From Octopus sinensis (Eukaryota): a stretch of 64,000 nt of DNA. Location: assembly GCF_006345805.1 (NCBI RefSeq), contig NC_042998.1, forward strand, positions 22,134,001 through 22,198,000. The letters run 5' to 3'. Below the pieces are notes generated by a model. It searched no databases and was not told where the DNA came from. It saw nothing but the letters and a program-made list of their open reading frames with translations. Shown here one piece after another: positions 11,280 to 23,620 of the stretch. The position numbers were made by a program, and so were the translations under genes. The first letter of the stretch is position 1. Every line of letters starts with the position of its first letter.

Positions 11280-12054
11280 CATACATATATGTGTTTGTTT
11301 GTTTGTGTGTCTATGTAAGGCACTGTCTGTAAAACTACCATTCATAGACTGTAAGATTTATTTACATATACAGTTTTTTCCAATTTATTATAATCTATTA
11401 TAACCAATTTAATTAAGAATCTATTTTCTATCTATTTTCTGCATTACATCTTAATTCAATTATTTTTATAACTTTTCACTTATTTAGATATTCAGTATAC
11501 TAGCAAACGAGCATGTATATTTAAATGTTCATATATATATAATTAAAAAACTGAATTATGTTTTTCTGTTTCCACCTCATACATAACCAAATTCTCTTTC
11601 ATTACTCCTTTTATCTCCAATTCTTTCAAGTTTTATATCATGGAGAAATTAGTTTTGCTGTTATGAGTCAAATTTGTTCTAAGCATTTGAATCACAACAA
11701 AATGATCTGAAACGACTTTGTGGCATTTGCAGTTTCAATGTATTTTGTTTCTGAAGAGCAAATGGAATTAGTGAAAGCAAAGATTCTTTGCTCTAAAAAT
11801 AAATCTATAAAATATTATGCATGTGTATGTTATATATAGATACCAATATTTATTACGTGTGTGTACACATCATCATCATCATTATTGCTTTAGTGTTCAC
11901 TTTTCCATGCTTGCAAGGATTGGATGGAATTTTGGTGAAGTAGATTTTTCTATGGCTGGATGCTCTTCCTCATGACAAGACACAAAGATCACTGTTTGGA
12001 TGATGGTGAGACACATTTGCAACAATCACGTAATACCAGAGCAAGGAGACTGTA

Positions 12055-12060
12055 ATAATA

Positions 12061-12091
<31 letters not shown>

Positions 12092-12690
12092 TGTGTACAG
12101 TGCTCAGGTGCACTACAACTCATCTAAGTGTATATATAATCAGGTGTAGTTTTCGGTGGATTCGGAAAGCATGGGGCCTTAAAGGATGCAGTGTCCATGG
12201 CAGTCAACAACTGATGCAGGCAGTTTTATTCCACGCTTCAGCAACCCTGAGCGTGAAAAAATGCTTCCGAAAGTCATGGGAGCTGTGTTGTTTTCTGACT
12301 TTGTAGGCATGTCCACGTGTGTTAGACAACATGAGATCAAAAAGGTATTCAGTGTTGTTGTTGGTGAGGTGGTTGATAACCTTGTGGGTGTTTACCAAGT
12401 CCGTCACTAGACGCCGGAGCTTCAGTGAATCCATGCCCAGGGAAACAAGGCGCTCAGAATATGGTAGGTGTCTGATGGAGGGTATGCGTTTGGTTGCACG
12501 TCTCTGGACAGATTCCAGGAGGTCAATGTTCTGAGCAAGATAGGGATTCCAAACTGATGATGCGAATTCCAAGTGTGGTCGTACCATAGCTGTATACAGT
12601 TTTAAATAGATGGCTGGAGAGCGGCTAACAAAAGTCTTGCTGAGTGATGCCAAGACACCCTCGGCCTTCTTGACAATTTTAGAGATATGC
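12055..12690 (-). pseudogene. 5'-truncated CR1-clade LINE (ORF2 C-terminal region, 3'UTR, (TTA)n tail)
   Basis: ORF 12204-12653: LYTAMVRPHLEFASSVWNPY...LESVQRRATK...YSERL..LGM.SL..RR..DL...K...NTRGH..K...FF..RV...WN, the CR1 post-RT signature. There is a frameshift near the end. Confidence 0.92.
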
Positions 12691-12755
12691 TTTGTCCAAC
12701 ATAATACTCATGCACACACAAGAATGCATTCACACACACACACACACACACAACA

Positions 12756-13022
12756 GGCTTCTTTCAGTTTCTTATTTCTTTATTGCCCACAAGGGGCTAA
12801 ACATAGAGGGGACAAACAGGGACAGACAAACGGATTAAGTCAATTACATCAACCTCAGTGCGTAACTGGTACTTATTTAATCGACCCCGAAAGGATAAAA
12901 GGCAAAGTCGACCTCGGCGAAATTTGAACTCAGAACGTAATGGCAGACGAAATACCGCTAAGCATTTCGCCCAGCATGCTAACGTTTCTGCCAGCTCGCC
13001 GCCTTCGGCTTCTTTCAGTTTC
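12756..13022 (-). mobile_element. Full-length SINE family B with a perfect 16-bp TSD
   Basis: ggcttctttcagtttc at 12756-12771 and 13007-13022; the target is itself a family A remnant. Confidence 0.92.
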
Positions 13023-13298
13023 TGTCTTCAAGATCCTGGCACTAGATAGATAGATAGATACACATAGATCCATATAATTATATCTAAAAAAAATAAATGC
13101 ACACACACACAACCCCCTCCCCCCACTCACACATACATACACACATAATCATGGATGAAAAATTCGGAGTTTAAGTTCAGTTCATTTGAGCACTACTTAG
13201 TGTTTTCTATTCCGAGCATATCTACTTCTCTCCTATTCTCTTTCTCTTACTTTCTCACTCTCTTTCTCTCTCCACACACACATATATCTGTGTATGTG

Positions 13299-13342
<44 letters not shown>

Positions 13343-13467
13343 CACACACACACACACCTACATATATGTATGTATATATATTATGTATATATAATATATA
13401 TATATAATATATATGTATGTGTGTAATATATATATATATATATTATATACACACCACACATATATAT

Positions 13468-13554
<87 letters not shown>

Positions 13555-14182
13555 GATGTGTGTGTGAGATTGTATGCATTCATTGGTTTGACACTGTGCT
13601 CCTCACGCAGGTAAACAAAGCCGTTCACACTGACTGACTGACTGTTACTAGAGTGACACCATAAACATAATCCAAAATTCAATAGAAACAGACTCTTCCT
13701 TTGTTCGCAGATCTTTGATAAGACAAAGAAATCATACAGAATTCACTGGAAGGAAAAAAATAGAAATGGACCGAAAAAAACCCCAACAAAATCAATGAAA
13801 ACCTCTTCTCACTCACCCCACTACATAATCCCCCCCCCCTTGTTCTCCCCCATATTCTTGTTCTATTCCTGGTAATTCCTTATTTACTCATTGACATAAT
13901 TAGCTCTTGCACCATATCCATCTTACTCTCTGTCTGTCTGCCTGTCTGTGTGTCTCTCTCTCTCTCTCGCTCTCTTTTACTTTCTACTTTTAGAGTATTT
14001 CTATTATAGTATTTTAGGTTTATATTATTTTTTTGTCTGTTTTGTTTCTTTTGTTTTTCTTTTATTAATTCCGTTGGTTTTAGATTCATTCTTTGATGTT
14101 TTTTGGTTTTAATTTTCCACATTTTATTGTTTGGATATATGGCCATCATCATCATCATTACCATTATCATGTCAACATTGGT

Positions 14183-14637
14183 GATATATGTATATGCATG
14201 TATACATAAGGCGGCGAGCTGGCAGAAACGTTAGCACGCCGGGCAAAATGCTTAGCGGTATTTCGTCTGCTGTTACGTTCTGAATTCAAATTCTGCTGAG
14301 GTCGACTTTGCCTTTCATCCTTTCAGGGTCAATAAATTAAGTACCAGTTACGCACTGGAGTTGATGTAATTGACTTAATCCATTTGTCTGTTCTCTCTGT
14401 GTTTAGCCCCTTGTGGATAGTAAAGAAATAGGTATTTCGTCTGCCGCTGCGTTCTGAGTTCAAATTCTGCCGAGGTCGACTTTGCCTTTTATCCTTTCGG
14501 GGTCGATAAATTAAGTACCAGTTATGCACTGGGATCGACGTAATCGACTTAATCCATTTGTCTGTCCTTGTTTGTCCCCTCTGTGTTTAGCCCCTTGTGG
14601 GTAGTAAAAGAAATAGATATATGTATATGCATGTATA
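14183..14637 (+). mobile_element. Head-to-tail dimer of SINE B inside one 22-bp TSD
   Basis: gatatatgtatatgcatgtata at 14183-14204 and 14616-14637. The second unit starts at the internal ggtatttcgtctgcc. Confidence 0.9.
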
Positions 14638-15228
14638 AACACAATAACACACACACATATCCAGATATATATACATATGTGTATATGTATACGTTATCAG
14701 AAGCACATACATAGTGTATCTGTTTTGTTTATATGCCAAATTTACTGCGGGATATCATCTAAGGAAAACTCATTACATGATATAGAGTGTTACAGAAACC
14801 AAACGTCCCAGACCAAGCAAGACAACTCACCTCAGATGACCAAGAATGGCAGGTACTGATTCTGTCATTATTAAAGCTTATTGATACTAAGTACATTGGT
14901 CATCTTGAAACAAAGTGAATCTCTGGTCTACAACTTATATGCAAATAAAGTGAAATCCATTTGCTGATGTACTGAGGCATTGCACATGCAAAAGAAAACT
15001 ACATAATGAATCAAAAACAGGTCTAGTAATGTAAACATTATTGGTTGTACATGGTGAGTGTATTTTGTTTATATGCCAAATTTGGCATAGAATAGTGTCT
15101 GGCTGAAGCTCCCTACACAATGTGGAATGTTGAAGAACACTGAATGTCCTGGACCAAGCTAGACAACTCATTTTGAGATGCTGAGAATGACAGATACCGA
15201 TACACATATATGCATATATATGTATATA

Positions 15229-15518
15229 TCCCCATGATCACTGTGACCGACCAGGCTATTAGATGTTGCTACACATCACTAGTCACAATGCGCTTTGCAA
15301 TGTTTTAGCCTTCAAATGACGCCACCCAGCTGTCTAAGTGAGCAGGCCAACAGAAGAAAGAGTGAGAGAATGTTGTGGTGAAAGAGTACAGCAGGGATCG
15401 CCACCACCCACTGCCGGAGCCTTGTGGATCTTTGGGTGTTTTCGCTCAATAAACACTCACAACACCCGGTCTGGGAATTGAAACCGCGTTCCTGTGACCA
15501 CAAGTCCGCTATCCTAAC
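15229..15518 (-). mobile_element. SINE family F with a third tail type
   Basis: Shares the head and body with 2255-2422; the tail segment at 15230-15340 is distinct. Confidence 0.75.
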
Positions 15519-15554
15519 ATATGTGTGTGTGTGTGTATATATTATATATTATAT

Positions 15555-15865
15555 GTAGAAAAATACAAACTGGGACAAGAACGTAAAACATTTAGTAGAC
15601 GATACAAAAAACACGGACGGGACATTCGAAGCCTTCAATCTTCAGTCAAGAACCGGATCATCCTCGCAATTTCAGCTGATTAATCTTGAGATCGCTCCGA
15701 TCCGGCCAGCCCCAAGGAAAAACTAAGCTAAACGCATTAGATTCCTTGGAAAAAGGATCGAATGTATACGAAACAAGGACAGAAAAATGGACGATGACAC
15801 ATGAATATAAATACAAAAAACAATAATAATAATAACAGGACAAAAACAGCAGGTGTCTTACGACT
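15555..15865. repeat. Unclassified interspersed repeat; second copy at 18783-18995
   Basis: Shared gcaatttcagct...gctccgatc(c/t)g(g/a)ccagccccaaggaaaaact. Confidence 0.6.
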
Positions 15866-15989
15866 ATAGGCAGTACAACTTAGTTTTGCTGGCGTATTTG
15901 GAAAAAAAAATATATATATATTGAGAAAAAAGTCATCAGAATTTTGGAAAAAAATCTTTTTATTTCTTCATTATTATTAGCGCTTTTGT

Positions 15990-16175
15990 TTGTTTCTCGA
16001 AAAGCACCCACTATATTTTTGGAGTGGTTGGTGTTAGGAAGGGCATCCAGATATAGAAATGTTGCTAGATCTGATTGGAGCCTGGTGCAGCCTTCTGGCT
16101 CGCCAGTCCTCAGTCAAACCGTCCACTCCAGGCCAGCATGGAAAACAGACATCAGACAAAGATGATGATGATGAC
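15990..16175 (+). mobile_element. Family C 3' fragment
   Basis: ttaggaagggcatccag...catggaaaacagacat...gatgatgat. Confidence 0.8.
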
Positions 16176-16619
16176 ATCATTAAAATCTCAAAGCTATGAG
16201 ATAATGCATGATTAATTCAAAACTGTGTGAATAAATAAGTATTACATTTGACAGAAGATAATGTGATTGCTAAAGCCCCAGAGGGCCTCTGTTGATGAAA
16301 GATAGGCTCTACACCTTTAAAAAAAATTTTTTTTAATCAATAAATAAAGTAAATAAATAAATAAATGAAGGATGGAGAAATTAGGTGAAGTGTTTTGTAG
16401 GATTTAAATTTGGAAGCTTGAGTTCGAATCATTACAACTACTCAAATGGTTTATGCATATTTGTTTATCATTGATCAGTGATTATGTATAACTATATTAA
16501 TTAATAGGAGACAACAAATGAGATTCAGCCTTATGTACATGTGCAATTGTTTATATATGTATATGCATGTGGGTGAGTGTTTGTGTGTGTGTGTATATAT
16601 ATAAATGGATATTGTAGTT

Positions 16620-16915
16620 GTGATACCCGTACTGGTGGTATGTAAAAAGCACCATCCAAATGGCTTCTGTGCCAGTAGCATGTAAAAAGCACCAACCGAT
16701 TGTGGCCATTGTCAGGCTCCTCTGGCCCCTGTGCTGGTGGCATGTAAAAAGTACCCACTACACTCATGGAATGGTTGGCGTTAGGAAGGGCATCCAGCTG
16801 TAGAAACACTGCCATATCAGACTGGAGGCTGGTGCAGCCTCCTGAGTTCCCAGACCTCGGTTGAACCGTCCAACCCATGCTAGCATGGAAAACGGACGTT
16901 GAACAATGATGATAA
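16620..16915 (+). mobile_element. Family C copy
   Basis: Body plus (GAT)n tail. Confidence 0.85.
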
Positions 16916-16989
16916 TGATATGTACATATATATATAAATATATATGTATATGTAGAAAAATATATGTATATATATATAAATATATATAC

Positions 16990-17021
<32 letters not shown>

Positions 17022-17057
17022 ATTTATCTATCTATATATCTGTCTATATATAAATAC

Positions 17058-17119
<62 letters not shown>

Positions 17120-17129
17120 CATACACATA

Positions 17130-17361
17130 TACTTGAGCATACTATCCGTGAGAAGTAAAATATAATTCTTGAAAATTAATTTGATAAGATGTCAGTAATT
17201 TTGTTGTCATCTAGAATGACTATTTTAAAAATGATAATAACAGTTATCTGTTATTATCGTTTTTAAAACAGTCATTCCAAATGATAACAAAATTAATAAT
17301 ATATCAACAAATGATTTTCGGAGAATTATATTTTTCTTCTCACGAATAGTTTGCCCTTGTA
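17130..17361. mobile_element. 232-bp palindromic (foldback) MITE with mariner-like termini
   Basis: Arms 17130-17243 and 17248-17361 (114 nt each) are reverse complements around a ttat loop. The right terminus reads tacaagggc on the minus strand, similar to mariner tacgaggg. Confidence 0.75.
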
Positions 17362-17689
17362 TTGAGAGTATTTCTCACTGGTGAATGTAATTTGATTTCA
17401 GTACAAAATGAATCTGTTGCTGCTTAGACTTCAATAAGGGTAGTTGGGTCTCTTATCATGGTAACACGTGCTGATGACGTTGAGGTAATTTATTTTGTCA
17501 GTACAGAAACTGGTCCATGTGAGTCCTTATACTTAAATGTACGTTGAGAGATTTTAGTAACCTGATTTGCTTTCGATTGATTTCTGAAGATATCATTAGT
17601 GTAATTTTTGGCGATTTAAATAAGAGTTTTGACAGATATTTCCAGGCAGACATACTTAATATGTCCATTGATTAATTTATTGATGATGA

Positions 17690-18635
17690 TGATCATCATC
17701 ATCGTTTAACGTCCGTTTTCCGTGCTAGCACGGATTGGACGGTTCGACCGGGGTCTGGAGAACCAGGGGCTGCTCCAGGCTCCAGTCTGATCTGGCAGTG
17801 TTTCTACAGCTGGATGCCCTTCCTAACGCCAACCACTCCGCGAGTGTAGTGGGTGCTTTTTACGTGCCACCAGCACAGGTGCCAGAGGGGTCTGGCATCG
17901 GCCACGATCAGTTGGTGCTTTTTTTTTTTTTTTTTTTTTTTTGTGCTACCGGCACAGAAGCCATTTCAAGGCGGTGCTGGCATCGGTCACATTTGGATGG
18001 TGCTTTTTATGTGCCACCGGCACAGAAGCCAGTCAAGGCGGTGCTGGCATCGGTCACATTTGGATGGTGCTTTTTATGTGCCACCGGCACAGAAGCCAGT
18101 CAAGGCGGTGCTGGCATCGGTCACGTTCGGATGGTGCTTTTTATGTGCCACCGGCACAGAAGCCAGTCGGGGCAGTGCTGGCATCGGCCACGTTCGGATG
18201 TTGCTTTTTATGTGCCACCGGCACAGAAGCCAGTGGAGGCTGCAATGGTAATGGCCACGTTCGGATGGTGCTTTTTATGTGCCACCGGCACAGAAGCCAG
18301 TCGAGGCTGCACTGGCAACGGCCACGTTCGGATGGTGCTTTTTATGTTTCACCGGCACAGGTATCACATCTACTACTGTTTCCATTGATATTTGGTTCGA
18401 TGTTCATGTACATGCACTTGACTCAGCAGGTCTCCTCAAGCACAGCGAGATGTTCCGGGATCCCACGATCGGTTGGTGCTATTTCTGTGCCACTGGCACA
18501 GAAGCCAGACGAGGCGGTGCTGGCATCGGTCACGTTTGGATGGTGCTTTTTATGTGCCACCGGCACAGAAGCCAGTTGGGGCGGTGCTGGCATTGGCCAC
18601 ATTCGGATGTTGCTTTATAAGTGTCACCGGCACAT
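17690..18635 (-). mobile_element. Family C copy with an expanded 67-bp internal VNTR
   Basis: Unit starts at 17999, 18066, 18133, 18200, 18267 and 18334, with further units at about 17913, 18475, 18542 and 18609. Confidence 0.9.
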
Positions 18636-18998
18636 ATGTGTGTGTATATATAAATATATATACACACACACATATATATATATATTTATGTATATATATA
18701 TGTATTTATATATATTTATGTATATATATATGTATTTATATATGTATATATATATATGTATATTATATATATATATATATATCAAATACAAAAATGGGAC
18801 AAGAACTCAAAACATCCAGACAGTTAGGTGATACAAAAATGGGAAAACAAAACATCCAAACAGACGATACAAAGAAATCAAGGATGGGTGATTCGGAATT
18901 TTCTATTCTCAGTCGAGTTCCAGATTATCTTTGCAATTTCAGCTAGTTATTCTCAAAATTGCTCCGATCTGACCAGCCCCAAGGAAAAACTATTATCA

Positions 18999-19050
<52 letters not shown>

Positions 19051-19734
19051 ATATATATATATATATAGGTGTTAGGTAGATAAATATATATATATGTGTA
19101 CATATACATTATGTGTGTATGTATATGTATTTGTATATATATTCATGACTATGCATTTACACACATGCACACACACACACACATACTTGCACGCACTCAC
19201 ATATAGACTGTAAAAGAAGAAAAAAACTTGTAGAAATGATTTGAAACATTTTATCATGTGAGGAAACAATAAATTGAATATAATTATTCTATTTGTAACA
19301 TCAGGTTTTTCTTTTTTATTTTATTGTGGATTTCTGCTATTATCCATTTGGAATTTAACACTCCCCCCTCCTCTCTTTCTCTCTACACTTTATATATATA
19401 TATATATATATATATAGTTCAGTGTGTGTATGTGTACAAGTGTTGAAATGCGCACATGTGAAAGTATATGTGTATGTGTATACCTATATATATATATATA
19501 TATATATAGATATATAGACACTTAAAATTTCGTGACACTTTATGCATATATATATATATACATTCATACACACGTGTGCATGTACACACACACACACAGA
19601 TAAATACACACACATGCACACATGTATAATGCATGCATGTTTAATAAAGCTGGTACTTCAGATTTCATGACATTTTTTAAGAGCTTTATACGTCTGTGAG
19701 TTCTCTTCTATTTTTAATTATCTTAATTCTTCCT

Positions 19735-20755
19735 CGGAGGAAGAAGCTCGTTTCTAGCAAAGACATAAAGCTCCATCGTTAGAGTACAGTTAACGAATAT
19801 AATATCACATTCTAATCTTGAGAAAAGTCTTGCATACTTTTACTGTTTCATTTACAGATTATATTTGTAGTGTGTACTTTTGTGTCTGTGTTTAGCCCCC
19901 TACCACTGCTTGACACCCGGTGTTGGTCTGGTTATGTCCTTGTAACTTAGCAGTTTGGCAAAAGCGACTGGTAGAGTATCAGGCGTTAAAAAATAGGTCT
20001 TGGTGTTGATTTGTTCAACTAAAACTTTTCAAAGTGGTGCTCCAGTATGGCGGCAGTCAAATGATTGAAACAAGTAAAAGAGTAAAATATATTTGTATGT
20101 GTGTGTATATGTATGTTTGTATGTGTGTATGTATGTTTGTATGTGTGTATGTATGTTTGTATGTGTGTATATGTACGTATGTTTGTATGTGTATATGTTT
20201 GTACGTATGTATATTTGTATGCATGTATGTATATATGTATGTTTGTGTGTATGCATGTGTGTTTGTATGGTTTTATGTATGTTTGTATGTATGTATATAT
20301 CTATGAATGTATGTGTATGTATGTATGTATGTATATTTGTATGTGTGTGTATGTATGTATGTATATTTGTATGTGTGTGTATATGCATGTGTGTGTATGT
20401 ATGTATGTTTTTATGTATATATCGATGAATGTATGTGTATGTATGTATGTATATTTGTATGTGTGTGTATGTATGTATGTATATTTGTATGTGTGTGTAT
20501 ATGCATGTGTGTGTATGTATGTTTTTATGTATATATCGATGAATGTATGTGTATGTATGTATGTATGTATGAATAAATGAATGAATGTTTGCCTCTGTTT
20601 ATTCAATCCTTCATCCCCTGGGGAAGGAATTGGTTTCTAACAGACATACAAAGCTCCATTGTTGGAATGTAAATAACAAAAATAATGTCACATTCTAAAC
20701 TTTAGAAAAGTCTTGCACATTTTTACTGTTCCACTTACAGATAGTATTTATAATG
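19735..20755. repeat. Pair of diverged ~140-bp direct repeats (19735-19870 and 20615-20755) around a SINE A 3' module and a microsatellite
   Basis: Shared gtttcta...aaagctccat...tcacattcta...agaaaagtcttgca...ttttactgtt(t/c)ca(t/c)ttacagat. Confidence 0.6.
20095..20580. repeat. Compound TG/TA/TATG microsatellite with ~118-bp higher-order unit
   Basis: The marker atc(t/g)atgaatg occurs near 20301, 20423 and 20537. Confidence 0.9.
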
Positions 20756-20841
20756 CACAAGTTGATTGATTTCTTTCTCTGAAAACCCTGGCTTATCCAA
20801 ATTATCACTTAGGCAGGGTTGGGTTCAAAATTCTACCAGGA

Positions 20842-20883
20842 CACCTGATGAAGGGTGGAGAGTAAATCAGCTGAAACGTTGTG
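20842..20883 (+). ncRNA. Minimal hammerhead-like motif, partly degenerate (Penelope-type)
   Basis: CAC-CUGAUGA-A-GGGUGG(agagtaaa)UCAGCU-GAAAC-GUU-GUG; palindromic stem III AACGUU; stem II has one G.G mismatch. Confidence 0.5.
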
Positions 20884-21264
20884 GTAACAACAAACAAGAC
20901 GAGGACACATATCCGTCCTACGTAAATAATGTAAATAATGTACGGAATTCTTCATCTCTAAAATATAGAAGACTGACTTCAAAACATTATTAAACCAAAC
21001 ATAGTAATATAATTAGTACATTACAAAGTTATTACAAATGCAGTTATAATGTGAGTAATTAAAACTTAGCATTCTTATGTTTTCGAATATATTTAATTGG
21101 GCAATTTAGTTATCTGGTTGTATGAATTAATAAAACTGAATAGAAGAGTATGCATGTCTTTGGGTGTGATCCAATCGTATCTTTGTATGTATGTATGTAA
21201 GTGCATATATATCTATATATAGAGTGACATATGTACAGAGATGTAAACGTTCCTAATATATGTG

Positions 21265-21446
21265 TAGGTGCAGGAGTGGCTGTGTGGTAAGTAGCTTGCT
21301 CACCAACCACATGGCTCCTGGTTCAGTCCCATTTCGTGGCACCTTGGGCAAGAGTCTTCTACTATAGCCTCGGGCCGACCAAAGCTTTTGGAGTGGATTT
21401 GTTAGACAGAAACTGAAAGAAGCCTGTTTGTAATATATATATATGT

Positions 21447-21507
<61 letters not shown>

Positions 21508-22145
21508 CTGTATATGTATATACACATAGGTGCAGGAGTGGTTGTGTGGAAAGTAGCTTGCTTACCAACCGCATAGTTCCTGGTTCAGTCCCATTTTGTG
21601 GCACCTTGGGCAAGTGTCTTCTACTATAGCCTCAGGCCGACCAAACCCTTTTGAGTGGATTTGGTAGACGGAAACTGAAAGAAGCCCGTCATATATATGT
21701 ATATATATATATATATATATATGTATGTCTGTGTATATGTTTTAGTGTCTGTGTATGTCCTCCCAACATCGCTTGACAACCAATGCTAGTGTGTTTACAT
21801 CCCCATAACTTAGGGGTTTGGCAAAAGAGACCAATAGAATAAGTAATAGACTTACAAAGAATAAATCCTGGGGTTGATTTGCTTGACTAAAAGTGGTGCT
21901 CCAGCTTGGCCACAGTCAAATGACTGAAACAAAAGAGTAAAAGTGTATATGTGAGCGAGTGTTTGTCCCCTACCATCGCTTGACAACAGATGCTGGTGTG
22001 TTTAGGATCCCCGTAACTTATGGTTTGGCAAAAGAGACCGATGGGATAAATACTAGGCTTACAAGGAATGAGTGCTGGGATCAATTTGTTCGACTAAAAG
22101 TGGTGCGCATTCAAATGACTTAACCAAAACTACGAATAAAAGAAT
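21265..22145 (+). mobile_element. Cluster of SINE A modules: head, full copy, extra 3' module
   Basis: Heads at about 21265 and 21527; 3' modules at about 21745 and 21960. Confidence 0.85.
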
Positions 22146-22149
22146 ACAT

Positions 22150-22624
22150 ACATTGCATGCAAAAATAAACATTGAAAATAAAAACACCTTTGGCCAAATT
22201 TGGACATACGACAGTTTAACATAATAGCAACAATATATATATATTGTTGCTATATATATATATATATATTTCTTTACTACCCACAAGGAGCTAAACACAG
22301 AGGGGACAAACAAGGGCCGACAAATGGATTAAGTCGATTACATCGACCCCAGTGCGTAACTGGTACTTAATTTATCAACTCCGAAAGGATGAAAGGCAAA
22401 GTCGACCTCGGCGGAATTTGAACTCGGAATGTAACGACAGATGAAATACTGCTAAGCATTTCGCCTGGCGTGCTAACGTTTCTGCCAGCTCGCCGCCTAT
22501 CTATATATATATATATTTTTGCTATTATGCAAAAGTGTTGTAAGTCCAAAAATTGAAGCACGTCTTCGACAGTTCTGGAAAAAGTATTTGGCTTATTTTG
22601 TGTGTGACTTTTGGCCCAACCTGT
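22150..22624. mobile_element. Adjacent ends of the TIR element also seen at 30438-30805, with a nested SINE B and a Tc1-like end
   Basis: cataatagcaacaata at about 22220-22235; ttgctattatgcaaaagtgttgt at about 22519; cttttggcccaacctgta ending at 22624. Confidence 0.6.
22270..22497 (-). mobile_element. Full-length SINE family B inserted in a TA run
   Basis: Colinear with 12772-13004. Confidence 0.9.
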
Positions 22625-22839
22625 ATATATCATTATAATATTGGTTTCAAATTTTGGCACAAGGACTGAAATTTCAGGGGTGGGGACAAGTCGATTTCAT
22701 TGACTCCCAGTGTTTAATTGCTATGTGTTTCATTGACCCTGAAAGGATGAAAATCAAAGTTTGACCTTAGCAGAATTTGAACTCAGAACGCAAAGACTGA
22801 TGAAATTGTTAATTGTTAACCTATTTATTTCTCTTTCCC

Positions 22840-23620
22840 ACCACCACCAACAACAACAACAACAACAACATTATCACTAGCACCACCCACGTCATCATCA
22901 CCACCATCGCCCCCACCCCCATTGCTGCTATGCCGCTCCTCCTCCACCTACCCTTTGGTAATTTTCTTCTACACTCCCACTAGCTAGTGTCACTTATGTA
23001 CATTGCATAATATGATCGTAAAAGATAAGACCACCACCACTACCTCCGCCCTTACAACATCACTATCATCACAACGATGACGACCACCACCAGTAACTCC
23101 ATTATCAGAACCACAAAACCCACCACCATCTCCATCATCACAAGTACTATTACCACTACCACCACCATCACCATCATTGCAAGTACTATCACCACTACCA
23201 CAATCACCACTACCACCATCACCAACAGTACCATTAGTATCGCAACTACCACCACCACCACTACTACCACCATCACCACTACCACCAACAACAATGCCAA
23301 GACCACCACTAACACCACCAACACCAACAGCAATGCCAAGACCACCACAACCACCACTAACACCACTGCCAACACCAATATCACCATCACTAAAAGCACT
23401 GCCAACACCCAACAACCCAAACACTACTACCACCACCACCACCACCACTACCACCACCACCTATATCACTACTACCACTAACACCTCTACCACCACCACC
23501 AACATCACTACCACCACAACCACCAACACCACCTATATCACTACTACCACTAACACCTCTACCACCACCACCACCACCAACACCAACAACAGCACTGCCA
23601 CCTCCCCCAACCATCAAAAT
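22840..23620. repeat. Compound (ACC)n/(ACT)n/(ATC)n microsatellite
   Basis: Triplet-periodic tract; source of the poly-T, poly-P and poly-V ORFs. Confidence 0.95.

Noticed and set aside
13600-13745. Strong minus-strand acceptor at 13746-13748
   Set aside because: No open frame or clear donor follows; such signals are common by chance in pyrimidine-rich DNA.
15615-15650. Minus-strand CUGAAGA-UU-GAAGGCUUC-GAAU-GUC
   Set aside because: GAAA is not intact, stem I is absent, and the second family copy (18880-18920) does not keep the core.
17913-18635. CRISPR-like look of constant core plus variable linker arrays (also 50030-51345, 54640-54790)
   Set aside because: The linkers are homologous to one another rather than unique spacers, the arrays lie within a eukaryotic retroelement, and there are no cas genes.
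17735-18946. Long overlapping ORFs (217-296 aa)
   Set aside because: They arise from the 67-bp tandem unit rotating through frames, and the same peptides appear in all three frames.
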